Source: an uncultured Alphaproteobacteria bacterium (GTDB lineage: Bacteria > Pseudomonadota > Alphaproteobacteria > HIMB59 > GCA-002718135). Taken from it: 64,000 bases of DNA. Location: assembly GCA_902602885.1 (NCBI GenBank), contig CACKSM010000003.1:17573-81572 (forward strand), given 5' to 3'. Shown here in pieces: positions 29,570 to 39,449 of this stretch. Under the pieces are notes generated by a model that had not been told where the DNA came from, ran no database searches, and saw nothing but the letters and a program-made list of their open reading frames with translations. The translations under genes were made by a program, and so were the position numbers. How positions within the stretch are numbered: position 1 is the first letter of the stretch; the number at the start of each line of letters is the position of its first letter.

Positions 29570-30870
29570 TAATTTACATTCTCAATTATATTAACAAGTT
29601 TTAATAAGTCACTATCATTAGTACTTTTAAAATTTTTAATTTCAATATCAACAACTTCTTTTTTTATATCATTAATTGATAAAAAAAACTTAAAGAAATC
29701 CAACCATTCATTTTTATTTAATTTTTGTGCTAGTTCAAAATATTTAAATAGAACATTTTTATTATTGTAAAATTTATATAAAAGATTTTTATTATTTTGA
29801 AAAATTATTTCTGTGTCACTATTAGATAAATTTTTTATTTCTATATTTTCAAATATTCTAATTTGAGCATAATAATTTAAAGGATATTTTTCTAAATTTT
29901 TTTTATAGAATTTTTTAGCTTCTTTAGTATATCCATAAGAGAATAATATATCTGCTTTAGTTTCTAGTAAAAAATTATTATTATTGTTTTTGATTATTTC
30001 ATTTAAATTCTGTAGGGACATTTTTAGATTTCCACTTCTAGCTAATTTAATTGATTCTGCATAAGTTTTAAAAGGTTCATTTAATTCACTTAAAACTTCC
30101 TCATTATCACTATAACCTAAAAATTTTGCTTTTATGTAGTTAAATCTTTTATTATATCTTTCATTAAAATTATTAGTTTTATTGTCTTCGAAGTTTTTTA
30201 TTAATAAAATCCTATCCTCAAAATATGGATGAGTACTAACTCTTTGATCATCTTTTGAAAAACCTTTATTTAATAATTTTTGCTCTATTGTTTCTAATAA
30301 TGTTTGAATAGATTTAGAATTAGTTCTAAGTAAACTTAGTGTTTTCAAGGCATATAAATCTGCTTCCATTTCTTGATCTTTACTAAAAATAATATATTGA
30401 TTTGATAAAGCTCCTGAAGTAAGAATATTGCCTTGTAACAATTGAGAATTCTGAGTTAATGCTGATCCAGCTATTACAGATAAAAGCCCTAACGTATTAT
30501 ATTTTTTAATATTTTCTATTGTTTTTTTTCTAAGTGCAATATGATTGAGATCTATATGGCCAACTTCATGAGCTAATACTGACAATAATGCAACATAATC
30601 TGAGCAATGAATAATTAAGCCTGAATTAATATGTATTACATTATTAATATCTACAAAAGCATTTATTTCATTACTATTATTTAATTTAAAATTAATTTTT
30701 TTATTTATTTTATTTACTTCAATAATATCTTCAATAATTTCTTTAACAAATTCTTCTGTTTCGTAATCTAGTATTTGTGAACTATAACAAATGTTTGAAG
30801 AAAAAATAAAAAATAACAAATATATTGATATTTTTTTAAGACCACCATCCAGTTTTTTCTTCATCTTCAT
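29569..30870 (-). CDS. M48 family metalloprotease (BepA-like)
   Basis: INAF, HEVGH zinc motif, QEMEAD, THP and a TPR-like C-terminus. Confidence 0.88.
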   Translation of the reverse strand: MKMKKKLDGGLKKISIYLLFFIFSSNICYSSQILDYETEEFVKEIIEDIIEVNKINKKINFKLNNSNEINAFVDINNVIHINSGLIIHCSDYVALLSVLAHEVGHIDLNHIALRKKTIENIKKYNTLGLLSVIAGSALTQNSQLLQGNILTSGALSNQYIIFSKDQEMEADLYALKTLSLLRTNSKSIQTLLETIEQKLLNKGFSKDDQRVSTHPYFEDRILLIKNFEDNKTNNFNERYNKRFNYIKAKFLGYSDNEEVLSELNEPFKTYAESIKLARSGNLKMSLQNLNEIIKNNNNNFLLETKADILFSYGYTKEAKKFYKKNLEKYPLNYYAQIRIFENIEIKNLSNSDTEIIFQNNKNLLYKFYNNKNVLFKYFELAQKLNKNEWLDFFKFFLSINDIKKEVVDIEIKNFKSTNDSDLLKLVNIIENVN

Positions 30871-32758
30871 TTATTTCACTCTCGATTAAATTTAGATCCT
30901 TTTCAGTATCAATTTTATTATCTTCTTTTATTTCATTATCATTTAAATCATTTTTCTTAATACTCTTTTTTGTTTTTTTAGTTTTTATTATTTTCTTTTT
31001 TTTAGTAACTTTAGTAGTTTTATTTTTCTTTTTTTCACTTATTTTTTCAGGACCTTTGGAATGATTATTTTCATCAATTTCAATTAAAGGATCGTGCAAA
31101 GAATATTGTGGATCAAAATAAAAATTGATTTTTGATTCAAATTTATTTTCTAATGAATTTATCTCAATCTTTTTATTATTTAATAAATATTCTGCTAATC
31201 CACTATTACATTTAACGTTGATTATTGAATTTTTGTTTTCAGAGATTTTTTCTTTAATCACTTTTAATATTTGATCTATTATTGAAGAAGAATTTAAAAT
31301 TAAACCTGATCCTTTACAATAATTACATCTTTCAAAAGATTTATCTATTAAACTGGATCTTAATCTTTGTCTTGATAACTCCATTAATCCAAACATACTT
31401 ATTCTTCCAATTTGAACTCTCGCTCTATCTCTTACAAGGGCAGTTTTTAAACTTTTTTCTACTTTAAAATTATTTCGATAATCATCCATATCAATGAAAT
31501 CTATAACTACTAAGCCTCCGAGATCCCTCAATCTTAGTTGTCTTGCTATCTCTACTGCAGCTTCTAAATTTGTTTTTAATGCTGTATTTTCAATATTTCT
31601 CTCAGAGGTATTTTTACCAGAATTTACATCTACAGCCACTAATGCTTCAGTTGTGTTAATTACAATAGAACCTCCAGATTTTAATTTTACATTTAGACTA
31701 AAAAGATCATTAATTTGAGTTTCAATATTATTGGAAGCAAAAAGTGAGTTTTCATCGGATTTGTATTGTTTTATTTTTTTTACAAATGTCGGTGCTAAAT
31801 TTTTTGTAATTTTTTTAACTTTATCGTATCCATCTTTACCTTCAACTAAAATTTTTTCTACATCTTCACTTAGCATATCTCTGATTGCTCTTTTTAAAAT
31901 ATTGCCTTCTTCATGAATCATTTCGGGTGCTTCTGATTTTAAAGTAATTTCTCTAATTTTATTCCATTGGCTTACAAGGAATGATAGATCTTTTGAAATT
32001 TCTTTTTTTGTCCTTCCAATCCCAGCTGTTCTTACAATTACAGACATTTTTTCTGGTATTTCTACTGATGATAAAATCTGCTTTAATTTTTTTCTTTCTT
32101 CTATATCTCCAATTTTTCTTGATATTCCATCACTATTCATACTATTTGGCATTAGGACACAATATCTTCCTGCAAAAGATAAATATGTTGTTAGTGCTGC
32201 ACCTTTTAAACCTCTTTCTTCCTTGTTGATCTGAACAAGTAAAACTTGTTTAGGTCGAATTACATCTTGAATTTTATATTTTCTAAAAAAATTGAAATAT
32301 TCTTTTCTTGGACTTAATTTTTTATTTTTTCTTTTTCTTATAGAAATAGTTTTTTCATCTGTGTTGTCTTGTTGTTCTTCAGATTTAGTTTCAATATTGT
32401 CATTCTCAGATTCATCTAACTCATTATCATTTTCAGAGTTTTGTAAATCATCATCTTCTTTTTCATTATTTATTTTATCGTTAAGTTCTTTTATTTTTTC
32501 TTCATCTACAGCAGGAATCTTAAAATAATCCGGGTGTATTTCTGTAAGTGGTAGGAAACCGTTTCTATTTGCTCCAAAATCAACAAATGCCGCTTGAAGA
32601 GAGGGTTCTATTCTTGTAATTTTTGCTAGATAAACATCCCCTTTAACTGCATTTTTTTTATTTGTTTCAATTTCAAAATCGTCAAGTTTACCGTCGTCTG
32701 TAACTGCAATTCTTGTTTCAATGTTATTTGTTGTATCGATAAGTATATTTTTTGACAT
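30836..32758 (-). CDS. rne: Ribonuclease E (compact)
   Basis: EPSLQAAFVDFG, KEERGLKGA, DVNSG, IDFIDM, Zn-link CNYCKG and C-terminal GWW. Confidence 0.95.
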   Translation of the reverse strand: MSKNILIDTTNNIETRIAVTDDGKLDDFEIETNKKNAVKGDVYLAKITRIEPSLQAAFVDFGANRNGFLPLTEIHPDYFKIPAVDEEKIKELNDKINNEKEDDDLQNSENDNELDESENDNIETKSEEQQDNTDEKTISIRKRKNKKLSPRKEYFNFFRKYKIQDVIRPKQVLLVQINKEERGLKGAALTTYLSFAGRYCVLMPNSMNSDGISRKIGDIEERKKLKQILSSVEIPEKMSVIVRTAGIGRTKKEISKDLSFLVSQWNKIREITLKSEAPEMIHEEGNILKRAIRDMLSEDVEKILVEGKDGYDKVKKITKNLAPTFVKKIKQYKSDENSLFASNNIETQINDLFSLNVKLKSGGSIVINTTEALVAVDVNSGKNTSERNIENTALKTNLEAAVEIARQLRLRDLGGLVVIDFIDMDDYRNNFKVEKSLKTALVRDRARVQIGRISMFGLMELSRQRLRSSLIDKSFERCNYCKGSGLILNSSSIIDQILKVIKEKISENKNSIINVKCNSGLAEYLLNNKKIEINSLENKFESKINFYFDPQYSLHDPLIEIDENNHSKGPEKISEKKKNKTTKVTKKKKIIKTKKTKKSIKKNDLNDNEIKEDNKIDTEKDLNLIESEINEDEEKTGWWS

Positions 32759-32867
32759 AATGCCGAAACTCCGTAAAAATTTTTATATATTAAAGTCATT
32801 TTTGAATATCTGTATAATATTTGCCTAATGTCACATTTTTAACTATTTCACAATGTAGTTTATAAAT

Positions 32868-35219
32868 ATGAATAGATTATTTTCTTATATAAAATTATTG
32901 CTAATTTTACTATGCATTTTTGCATTTATATCAATTTCATCAATTTTCTACACACTTTGGCGATACTCACCAGAATTACCATCATATAATAGTATCGTAA
33001 ATTATAAACCAAATTTGTCTTCAAGAATTTATAGTTCAGATGGATTACTATTGAAAAGCTTTTATACGGAAGAAAGAATATTTATTCCTGAAAGTAGAAT
33101 ACCTCAAACTATCAAATTAGCTTTTTTATCATCTGAGGATAAGAATTTTTATCAACATTATGGCGTTGACTTTATTGCAATATTTAGAGCAATTTTTACT
33201 AATATCCTGAATACTTATTCTAATAAAAGGGTAGTTGGAGCCTCAACAATTACACAACAAGTAGTTAAAAATCTCTTATTAAGTAATGAATTAAGTTACT
33301 CTAGAAAAATTAAAGAAATTATTTTATCTATTAGAATTGAGAATATATTAGATAAAAATTCTATTTTAGAATTATACTTAAATGATATTTATTTAGGATA
33401 TGGTTCTTATGGAATTGGTACAGCAAGTTTAAACTACTTTAATAAATCTATTTATGATCTAGAACTTCATGAAATAGCTTTCTTAGCTGCATTACCAAAA
33501 GCACCAAATAATTATAACCCAAAAACGAATTATTTAAAAGCCATTGAAAGAAGAAATTGGGTAATTGATAGAATGTATCAAAATGGATATATAAAAAAAG
33601 AAGATCTAATTTATAAAAATAAACCACTTCAAGTTTTCAAACGTAATGATAGAAAGTTTTTAGATGCAGATTATTTTTATGAAGAAATTAGAAAAGAACT
33701 ATATTTAAAATTTGGAAAAGAAAAACTTTATTCAGATGGTTTAATAATTAAGACGGCACTTGATTCAGAAATTCAAAAAAATGCAAACCTCAGTTTAGTT
33801 GAAGGATTAATGGAATACGAAAAAAAACAAGGTTGGCATGGTTTGATTGAAAATACTGATTTTGATAATTTTTTTAAGAATCAAGATTATTATAAAAAAA
33901 TAAATCCTTTTTTCCCAAATTGGGAAACTGTTATAATTAATAAAATTTATAATTCTAAAATAGAAGTTTATAATAACTCTAAAGTAAAATTAATCGTAAA
34001 TTTAAATAGCCCCAATAATAATTGGCTTTCTAATGAGGACTTCAATGAGGGTGATGTAATTTACATTGAAAGAAATAATAATTCTTACAATATAAAACAA
34101 GAACCGTTAGTAAATGGTGCAATAATTGTTATGGACCCTCATAATGGAGATATATTAGCTCTTTCTGGAGGATATAGTTTTCACAAAAGTGAATTTAATA
34201 GAGCCACACAAGCTAAAAGACAGCCTGGATCAGCATTTAAGCCCATTGTTTACTTAACAGCATTGAATGAAGGTTATTCTCCTTCAACATTAATTCTTGA
34301 CGCACCTTATGTAGTTGATCAAGGCCCAGGCCTTCCAAAATGGAAACCATCAAATTATACAGATGAATTTTATGGATTAACAACAATGAGAACAGGCATT
34401 GAAAAATCTAGAAACTTAATGACCGTAAGACTTGCTAATAGAATTGGTATGGACAAAATTTTAAATATGGCTAGTAAATTTAATATCAATGAAGGTTTTG
34501 ATGATAAACTTTCAATGTCACTTGGTTCTGGAGTTATTACTTTAAGAGACCTTACTAATGCTTATGCTATTATTGCCAATGGAGGTAAAAAAATTGAATC
34601 TAAATTTATTACAAGTATTTATAATCGAAATGGAAATAAGATACGTGATACTAGTTTAAAAAAATGTAATGAATGTATTGTTGACTCATTTACATCAAAA
34701 ATAAAAATTCCAAATTTAGATGAAGAACAGAGCTTGGTAGTTGATCCACGTTTGGCTTATCAAATTACTTCGATGATGGAAGGTGTAATCCAAAGAGGTA
34801 CAGCAAAAAGATTAAAAGATTTAGATGTACCGATAGCTGGCAAGACTGGAACAACAAATCAAAATAAAGATGCCTGGTTTATTGGATATACTCCTGATTT
34901 AGTCATAGGAGTTTATGTTGGCTATGATCAACCAAAATCTCTTGGATACAAGCAAACTGGTTCTAGTGTAGCTGTTCCTATATTTAAAAAGTTTGCTCAA
35001 AAAATAAAAATTAATAAAAATAAAAAACCATTTAGAATTCCTTCAGGAATAAGTTTTGTAAGAATTGACCCAAGAAATGGAATGATATCAAATAAAGAGG
35101 GAAGTATAAGCGAACCTTTCATTTTAGGTTCTGAGCCATATTCTGGGAATATAAACATTATTGATGGATTAGAAAATTTTAATAATAATTCCATTTCTGG
35201 AACAGGTGGTTTATTATAG
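32868..35219 (+). CDS. mrcA: Penicillin-binding protein 1A
   Basis: EDKNFY.H.G, GASTITQQ and RKIKE in the GT domain; SAFK, SRN and KTGT in the TP domain. Confidence 0.95.
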   Translation: MNRLFSYIKLLLILLCIFAFISISSIFYTLWRYSPELPSYNSIVNYKPNLSSRIYSSDGLLLKSFYTEERIFIPESRIPQTIKLAFLSSEDKNFYQHYGVDFIAIFRAIFTNILNTYSNKRVVGASTITQQVVKNLLLSNELSYSRKIKEIILSIRIENILDKNSILELYLNDIYLGYGSYGIGTASLNYFNKSIYDLELHEIAFLAALPKAPNNYNPKTNYLKAIERRNWVIDRMYQNGYIKKEDLIYKNKPLQVFKRNDRKFLDADYFYEEIRKELYLKFGKEKLYSDGLIIKTALDSEIQKNANLSLVEGLMEYEKKQGWHGLIENTDFDNFFKNQDYYKKINPFFPNWETVIINKIYNSKIEVYNNSKVKLIVNLNSPNNNWLSNEDFNEGDVIYIERNNNSYNIKQEPLVNGAIIVMDPHNGDILALSGGYSFHKSEFNRATQAKRQPGSAFKPIVYLTALNEGYSPSTLILDAPYVVDQGPGLPKWKPSNYTDEFYGLTTMRTGIEKSRNLMTVRLANRIGMDKILNMASKFNINEGFDDKLSMSLGSGVITLRDLTNAYAIIANGGKKIESKFITSIYNRNGNKIRDTSLKKCNECIVDSFTSKIKIPNLDEEQSLVVDPRLAYQITSMMEGVIQRGTAKRLKDLDVPIAGKTGTTNQNKDAWFIGYTPDLVIGVYVGYDQPKSLGYKQTGSSVAVPIFKKFAQKIKINKNKKPFRIPSGISFVRIDPRNGMISNKEGSISEPFILGSEPYSGNINIIDGLENFNNNSISGTGGLL

Positions 35220-35228
35220 TATTCATAT

Positions 35229-36324
35229 ATGGAAAATGTTGATTTAATTGATGAAAATTTAAAGAAAATAAGGTCAAACTTTGATCTTATAAGGAGGGGA
35301 GTTTGACTATAATTCTCTTAAAAAAAAATTAGAAGATTTAAAGCTTAAAAGTTCAGATCCTAACATTTGGGAAAATAATGATGCAAAAAATATTTTTCAA
35401 GAAATAAAATCTATTGAGAACAAAATCAGCGACTTTAATAAACTAAGAAAATTGCTCAATGAAAATGAAGAAATTTATAAATTTATTCAAAAAGACAATG
35501 ATAAATCATTATTAGATGATTTAAAAAATGAAGTTGATCTTACTTTAAAATTATCTGAAAAAATTCGATATTTAAATTTATTAAATGATGAAGCTGATCA
35601 CCTTAATGCATTTATAGAAATTCATGCAGGTGCTGGAGGAACTGAGAGTCAAGATTGGGCAGAGATTTTACAAAGAATGTATCTAAGATGGGCAGAGGAT
35701 CAAGATAGTTGTAAAGTAAATTTATTACAAGAAATGCGCGGTGAAGAAGCAGGAATAAAATCTTGTACACTAAAAATTGTGATGGATTACTCTTATGGTT
35801 GGTTGAAAAAAGAAAGTGGCATTCATCGACTAGTAAGAATTTCACCATTTGATAGTAATAAAAGAAGACATACAAGCTTTGCAAGTGTGTGGGTGTATCC
35901 AGAAATAGATGAAAAAATTGAAATAGAAATTAAAGAAAATGATTTAAGAATAGATACATATAGAGCTTCTGGAGCAGGAGGGCAACACGTAAATAAAACT
36001 GACAGTGCTGTAAGAATTACACACTTACCAACAAATATTGTTGTTCAATGTCAGAATGATAGGTCACAGCATAAAAATAGATCAAATGCTATGAAAATGA
36101 TCAAATCAAGAATTTACGAAGCAGAACTTCAAAAAAGAAAAGAAAATGAAAATATCAAAAATAAAGATAAGAAAGATATTGGATGGGGTAATCAAATAAG
36201 ATCATATGTTTTACATCCTTATAAATTAATAAAAGATTTAAGAAGTGGATATGAAACTTCTAACATAAATGATGTTTTAGATGGAAAAATAAATAATTTT
36301 TTGGAAAATTCTCTTACTTTATAA
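35229..36324 (+). CDS. prfB: Peptide chain release factor 2, expressed through a +1 programmed frameshift (about 364 aa)
   Basis: ATG 35229 runs 25 codons to AGG AGG GGA GTT TGA C. The +1 frame from 35305 (DYNSLK..DPNIWEN) is continuous with the ORF carrying SPF and GGQ. Confidence 0.95.
35292..35307 (+). promoter_or_regulatory. prfB autoregulatory frameshift cassette (internal SD plus GTT TGA C)
   Basis: AGGAGG(35292-35297)-GGA-GTT-TGA-C, with the stop at codon 26. Confidence 0.88.
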
Positions 36325-36329
36325 ATATT

Positions 36330-37568
36330 CTACAGTACCTTTAAAATCCCTATTTTCTTTTTGCCTATAGATATTTTTATTTCTTTTGATCCTGTGTATT
36401 CTTTAAGCGAGAAGTTGCTATTTTGATATAATTTATCATTCACTCTTATACCATTAGATTTAATTAATCTTTTAATTTCACTTCTACTTTTAACAAGTTC
36501 TAGTTTTTCAATTGCATCTAAAATTGTAAAAATGTCATCTTGTAGATTCAATTTTTTTTCTGAAATATTTGGCAATCTCGCATCAATTTTATTTGCATTA
36601 AAAACGTTGTAAGCAACTTCAAGTGCTTCATCTGCATCTTCTTTACCTCTCACAATTTTTGTAACTTCATATGCCAATATTTTTTTTGCTTCATTTATTT
36701 CTTCGTTTCTAAGAGTTGAAAGTTTTTCTATTTCTTTCAAAGGAAGTTTAGTGAACAAATATAAAAACTTTGTAACATCATTATCATTTACATTTCTCCA
36801 AAATTGAAAAAATTCTAAACTTGATATTTTATCTTTATTTAGCCATACTGCACCATCAGCAGTTTTTCCCATTTTAGATCCATCGCTATTAGTTATTAAT
36901 GGCGAAGTAATACCGAATGCATTTTTGTTATTAATTTTTTTTATCAAATCAACTCCACTTAATATATTACCCCATTGATCAGATCCTCCCATTTGTAGGA
37001 CACAATTATAATTTTTATTTAAATGTAAAAAATCATATGCTTGCAAAAGCATATAATTAAATTCTAAAATTGTTAAAGGTTGCTCTCGATCTAGTCTACT
37101 TTTAACAGACTCAAAAGTTAACATTTTATTTAAAGTAACTTTAGATCCAAACTCTCGAAGAAAATCTATATAATTTAGATTTGAAAGCCAATCATAGTTA
37201 TTAATTATCAAAGAATTCTTATTTAGATTAATAAATCTACTAAATGTTTTTTCTATATTATTTATATTTTTATCAATTTGATTTTTAGTTAATATTTTTC
37301 TAGTTTTATCTTTTCCAGAAGGATCGCCAATTAATGTAGTCCCCCCACCAATTAATGCAATTGATTGATGCCCATAAAAATCAAGCCAATGAAGTAGCAT
37401 TAATTGAATTAAGCTCCCTACGTGTAAACTATCGCTAGTAATATCAAAACCAATGTAACCAGATATTTTATTATTCAAAATTATTTTATCTAGATTTTCA
37501 ATTTCTATATTTTGATAAATAAAACCTCTTGCATCAATTTCATTTAAAAAATCTGATTTGAATTTCAT
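36330..37568 (-). CDS. tyrS: Tyrosine--tRNA ligase
   Basis: YIGFD..SLHVGS, GDPSG, QMGGSDQWGNI, KMGKT and a C-terminal S4 domain. Confidence 0.97.
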   Translation of the reverse strand: MKFKSDFLNEIDARGFIYQNIEIENLDKIILNNKISGYIGFDITSDSLHVGSLIQLMLLHWLDFYGHQSIALIGGGTTLIGDPSGKDKTRKILTKNQIDKNINNIEKTFSRFINLNKNSLIINNYDWLSNLNYIDFLREFGSKVTLNKMLTFESVKSRLDREQPLTILEFNYMLLQAYDFLHLNKNYNCVLQMGGSDQWGNILSGVDLIKKINNKNAFGITSPLITNSDGSKMGKTADGAVWLNKDKISSLEFFQFWRNVNDNDVTKFLYLFTKLPLKEIEKLSTLRNEEINEAKKILAYEVTKIVRGKEDADEALEVAYNVFNANKIDARLPNISEKKLNLQDDIFTILDAIEKLELVKSRSEIKRLIKSNGIRVNDKLYQNSNFSLKEYTGSKEIKISIGKKKIGILKVL

Positions 37569-37574
37569 TATTAA

Positions 37575-38219
37575 TTATTTTATTACAATTGTTTGATTTA
37601 TATAATCTTTTATTGAATCTTCAAATTCATTTGAGAAGCTTTCATAGAAATGATCTGCTCCTTTTATAGGTTTAAATTTGATATCAACTTTTTTTTGTTG
37701 TTGTAGTTTTTCAAATAATATTTTGGTTGAATCAAATGAAGCAATATTATCTTTATCTCCATGCACAATTAAGCCTGAAGAGGGACAAGGTGCTAAAAAA
37801 CTAAAATCTCTTAAATTAGCGGGAGGAGAGATGCTAACAAATCCATTTATTTCTGGCCTTCTCATTAGAAGTTGCATTGCAATCCAAGCTCCAAATGAAA
37901 ATCCAGCTACCCAACATGTTTTTGAATTAGTATTATATTGCTGAAGCCAATCCAAGACGCATGCAGCATCACTTAATTCACCTTCACCATCATCAAAAAC
38001 ACCTTCACTTTTACCTACTCCTCTAAAATTAAATCTAATTGTAGAAAATCCAGCCTGGATAAAAATTTTATACATTTTAAATATAATTTTCGTATGCATT
38101 GTACCACCTTTAGATGGGTCTGGATGTAACAATATGACAATTGGAGAATCATCTCTATTATTATGAGAATATTTTGCTTCTATTTTACCTTCAGGTCCAG
38201 GTATTAATAAATCAACCAT
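37575..38219 (-). CDS. Alpha/beta hydrolase (conserved alphaproteobacterial suf/isc-adjacent type)
   Basis: LHPDP..GGTM, FNFRGVG, GFSFG, FLAPCPSSG and ADHF motifs. Confidence 0.9.
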   Translation of the reverse strand: MVDLLIPGPEGKIEAKYSHNNRDDSPIVILLHPDPSKGGTMHTKIIFKMYKIFIQAGFSTIRFNFRGVGKSEGVFDDGEGELSDAACVLDWLQQYNTNSKTCWVAGFSFGAWIAMQLLMRRPEINGFVSISPPANLRDFSFLAPCPSSGLIVHGDKDNIASFDSTKILFEKLQQQKKVDIKFKPIKGADHFYESFSNEFEDSIKDYINQTIVIK

Positions 38220-38275
38220 TTGATAAAGCTATTATTGAAGTTATATGATTTTGTAAATATAGATATTTTAAATAT

Positions 38276-39370
38276 ATGAATTCTCTTGGTTTTGATAAGT
38301 CAGAAAAGGACACAAAAGTGGTTGTAGCTATGTCTGGAGGAGTAGACAGCTCAGTTGCAGCCGTAATGCTTAAAAAACAAGGATACGATGTAACTGGCAT
38401 TACACTAAGGCTGTATAATAACTCCAAAGTATCTAGAACAAAATCATGCTGTGCCGGTATTGATATTGAAGATGCTAAAAATGTTGCGCTAAAAAATAAT
38501 TTCAAACACAGAGTTTTAGATTATCAAGATAAGTTTTTTGATGGAGTAATTAGCAACTTTGTTGATTCTTATGCTAATGGTGAAACTCCTTTACCTTGTG
38601 TTAAGTGTAATGAAACAGTGAAATTTTCAGATTTACTTAATGAGGCAAAAAAAATTGGAGCTGATGCGCTTGCAACAGGTCATTACGCAATAAGAAAAGG
38701 AACTTTAAATAATGCAAGTTTACATAAAGCAAAAGATTTTTCAAAAGATCAAAGTTTTTTTCTCTTTGCAACGCAACAAGAGCAATTAAATTATGTTAGA
38801 TTTCCACTAGGTGATTATAAAAAATCTGAAATTAGACAATTAGCAAAAGAATATAAATTAAGTGTTAGCGATAAACCCGATAGTCAAGATATATGTTTTG
38901 TAACATCTGACTCTTATAGGGATCTCGTAAATAATTTAAACCCAAGTGTAAACAAAAAAGGTATAATCTATGACATTGATAATAATATTCTTGGAACTCA
39001 TGATGGAATTAGTAATTTCACAATTGGTCAAAGAAAAGGTATTGGTATCAGCGGCTCTAAAAAAGCATTATACGTACTAGATATAAATAAAGATCAAAAC
39101 TCAATCACTCTGGGTACGAAAGAAAAATTGAGAAAAAATGTAATTAACTTTAAAAATATTAATTGGTTAGGTGGTAATATTCAACCTAAAGGACTTGTTT
39201 GTTCAGCAAAAATAAGATCAACCCAGGAGGATTTACCAGGAATTCTTGATATAAATAGCGAACATGGAACTTTTACATTTGAAACAGAATTAGATAAAAC
39301 TTCTCCTGGACAAGCTTGTGTTTTTTATAAAAATGACCAATTACTTGGCGGTGGTTGGATTACTTCATAA
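38276..39370 (+). CDS. mnmA: tRNA 2-thiouridine synthase
   Basis: AMSGGVDSS, PCVKCN, ATGHY, KDQS, DSQDICF, TIGQRKG and PGQ motifs. Confidence 0.97.
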   Translation: MNSLGFDKSEKDTKVVVAMSGGVDSSVAAVMLKKQGYDVTGITLRLYNNSKVSRTKSCCAGIDIEDAKNVALKNNFKHRVLDYQDKFFDGVISNFVDSYANGETPLPCVKCNETVKFSDLLNEAKKIGADALATGHYAIRKGTLNNASLHKAKDFSKDQSFFLFATQQEQLNYVRFPLGDYKKSEIRQLAKEYKLSVSDKPDSQDICFVTSDSYRDLVNNLNPSVNKKGIIYDIDNNILGTHDGISNFTIGQRKGIGISGSKKALYVLDINKDQNSITLGTKEKLRKNVINFKNINWLGGNIQPKGLVCSAKIRSTQEDLPGILDINSEHGTFTFETELDKTSPGQACVFYKNDQLLGGGWITS

Positions 39371-39449
39371 ATTTAAAATCAGTTCTAAATTTGCTTAATT
39401 CTTGTTGAATTAACTAGATTTTTTCAATTAATGAATTAGATGATGTATT

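Noticed and set aside
35452-36324. prfB as an N-terminally truncated gene or pseudogene starting at TTG 35452
   Set aside because: The upstream ATG at 35229 plus an SD-stimulated +1 shift restores a full-length RF2.
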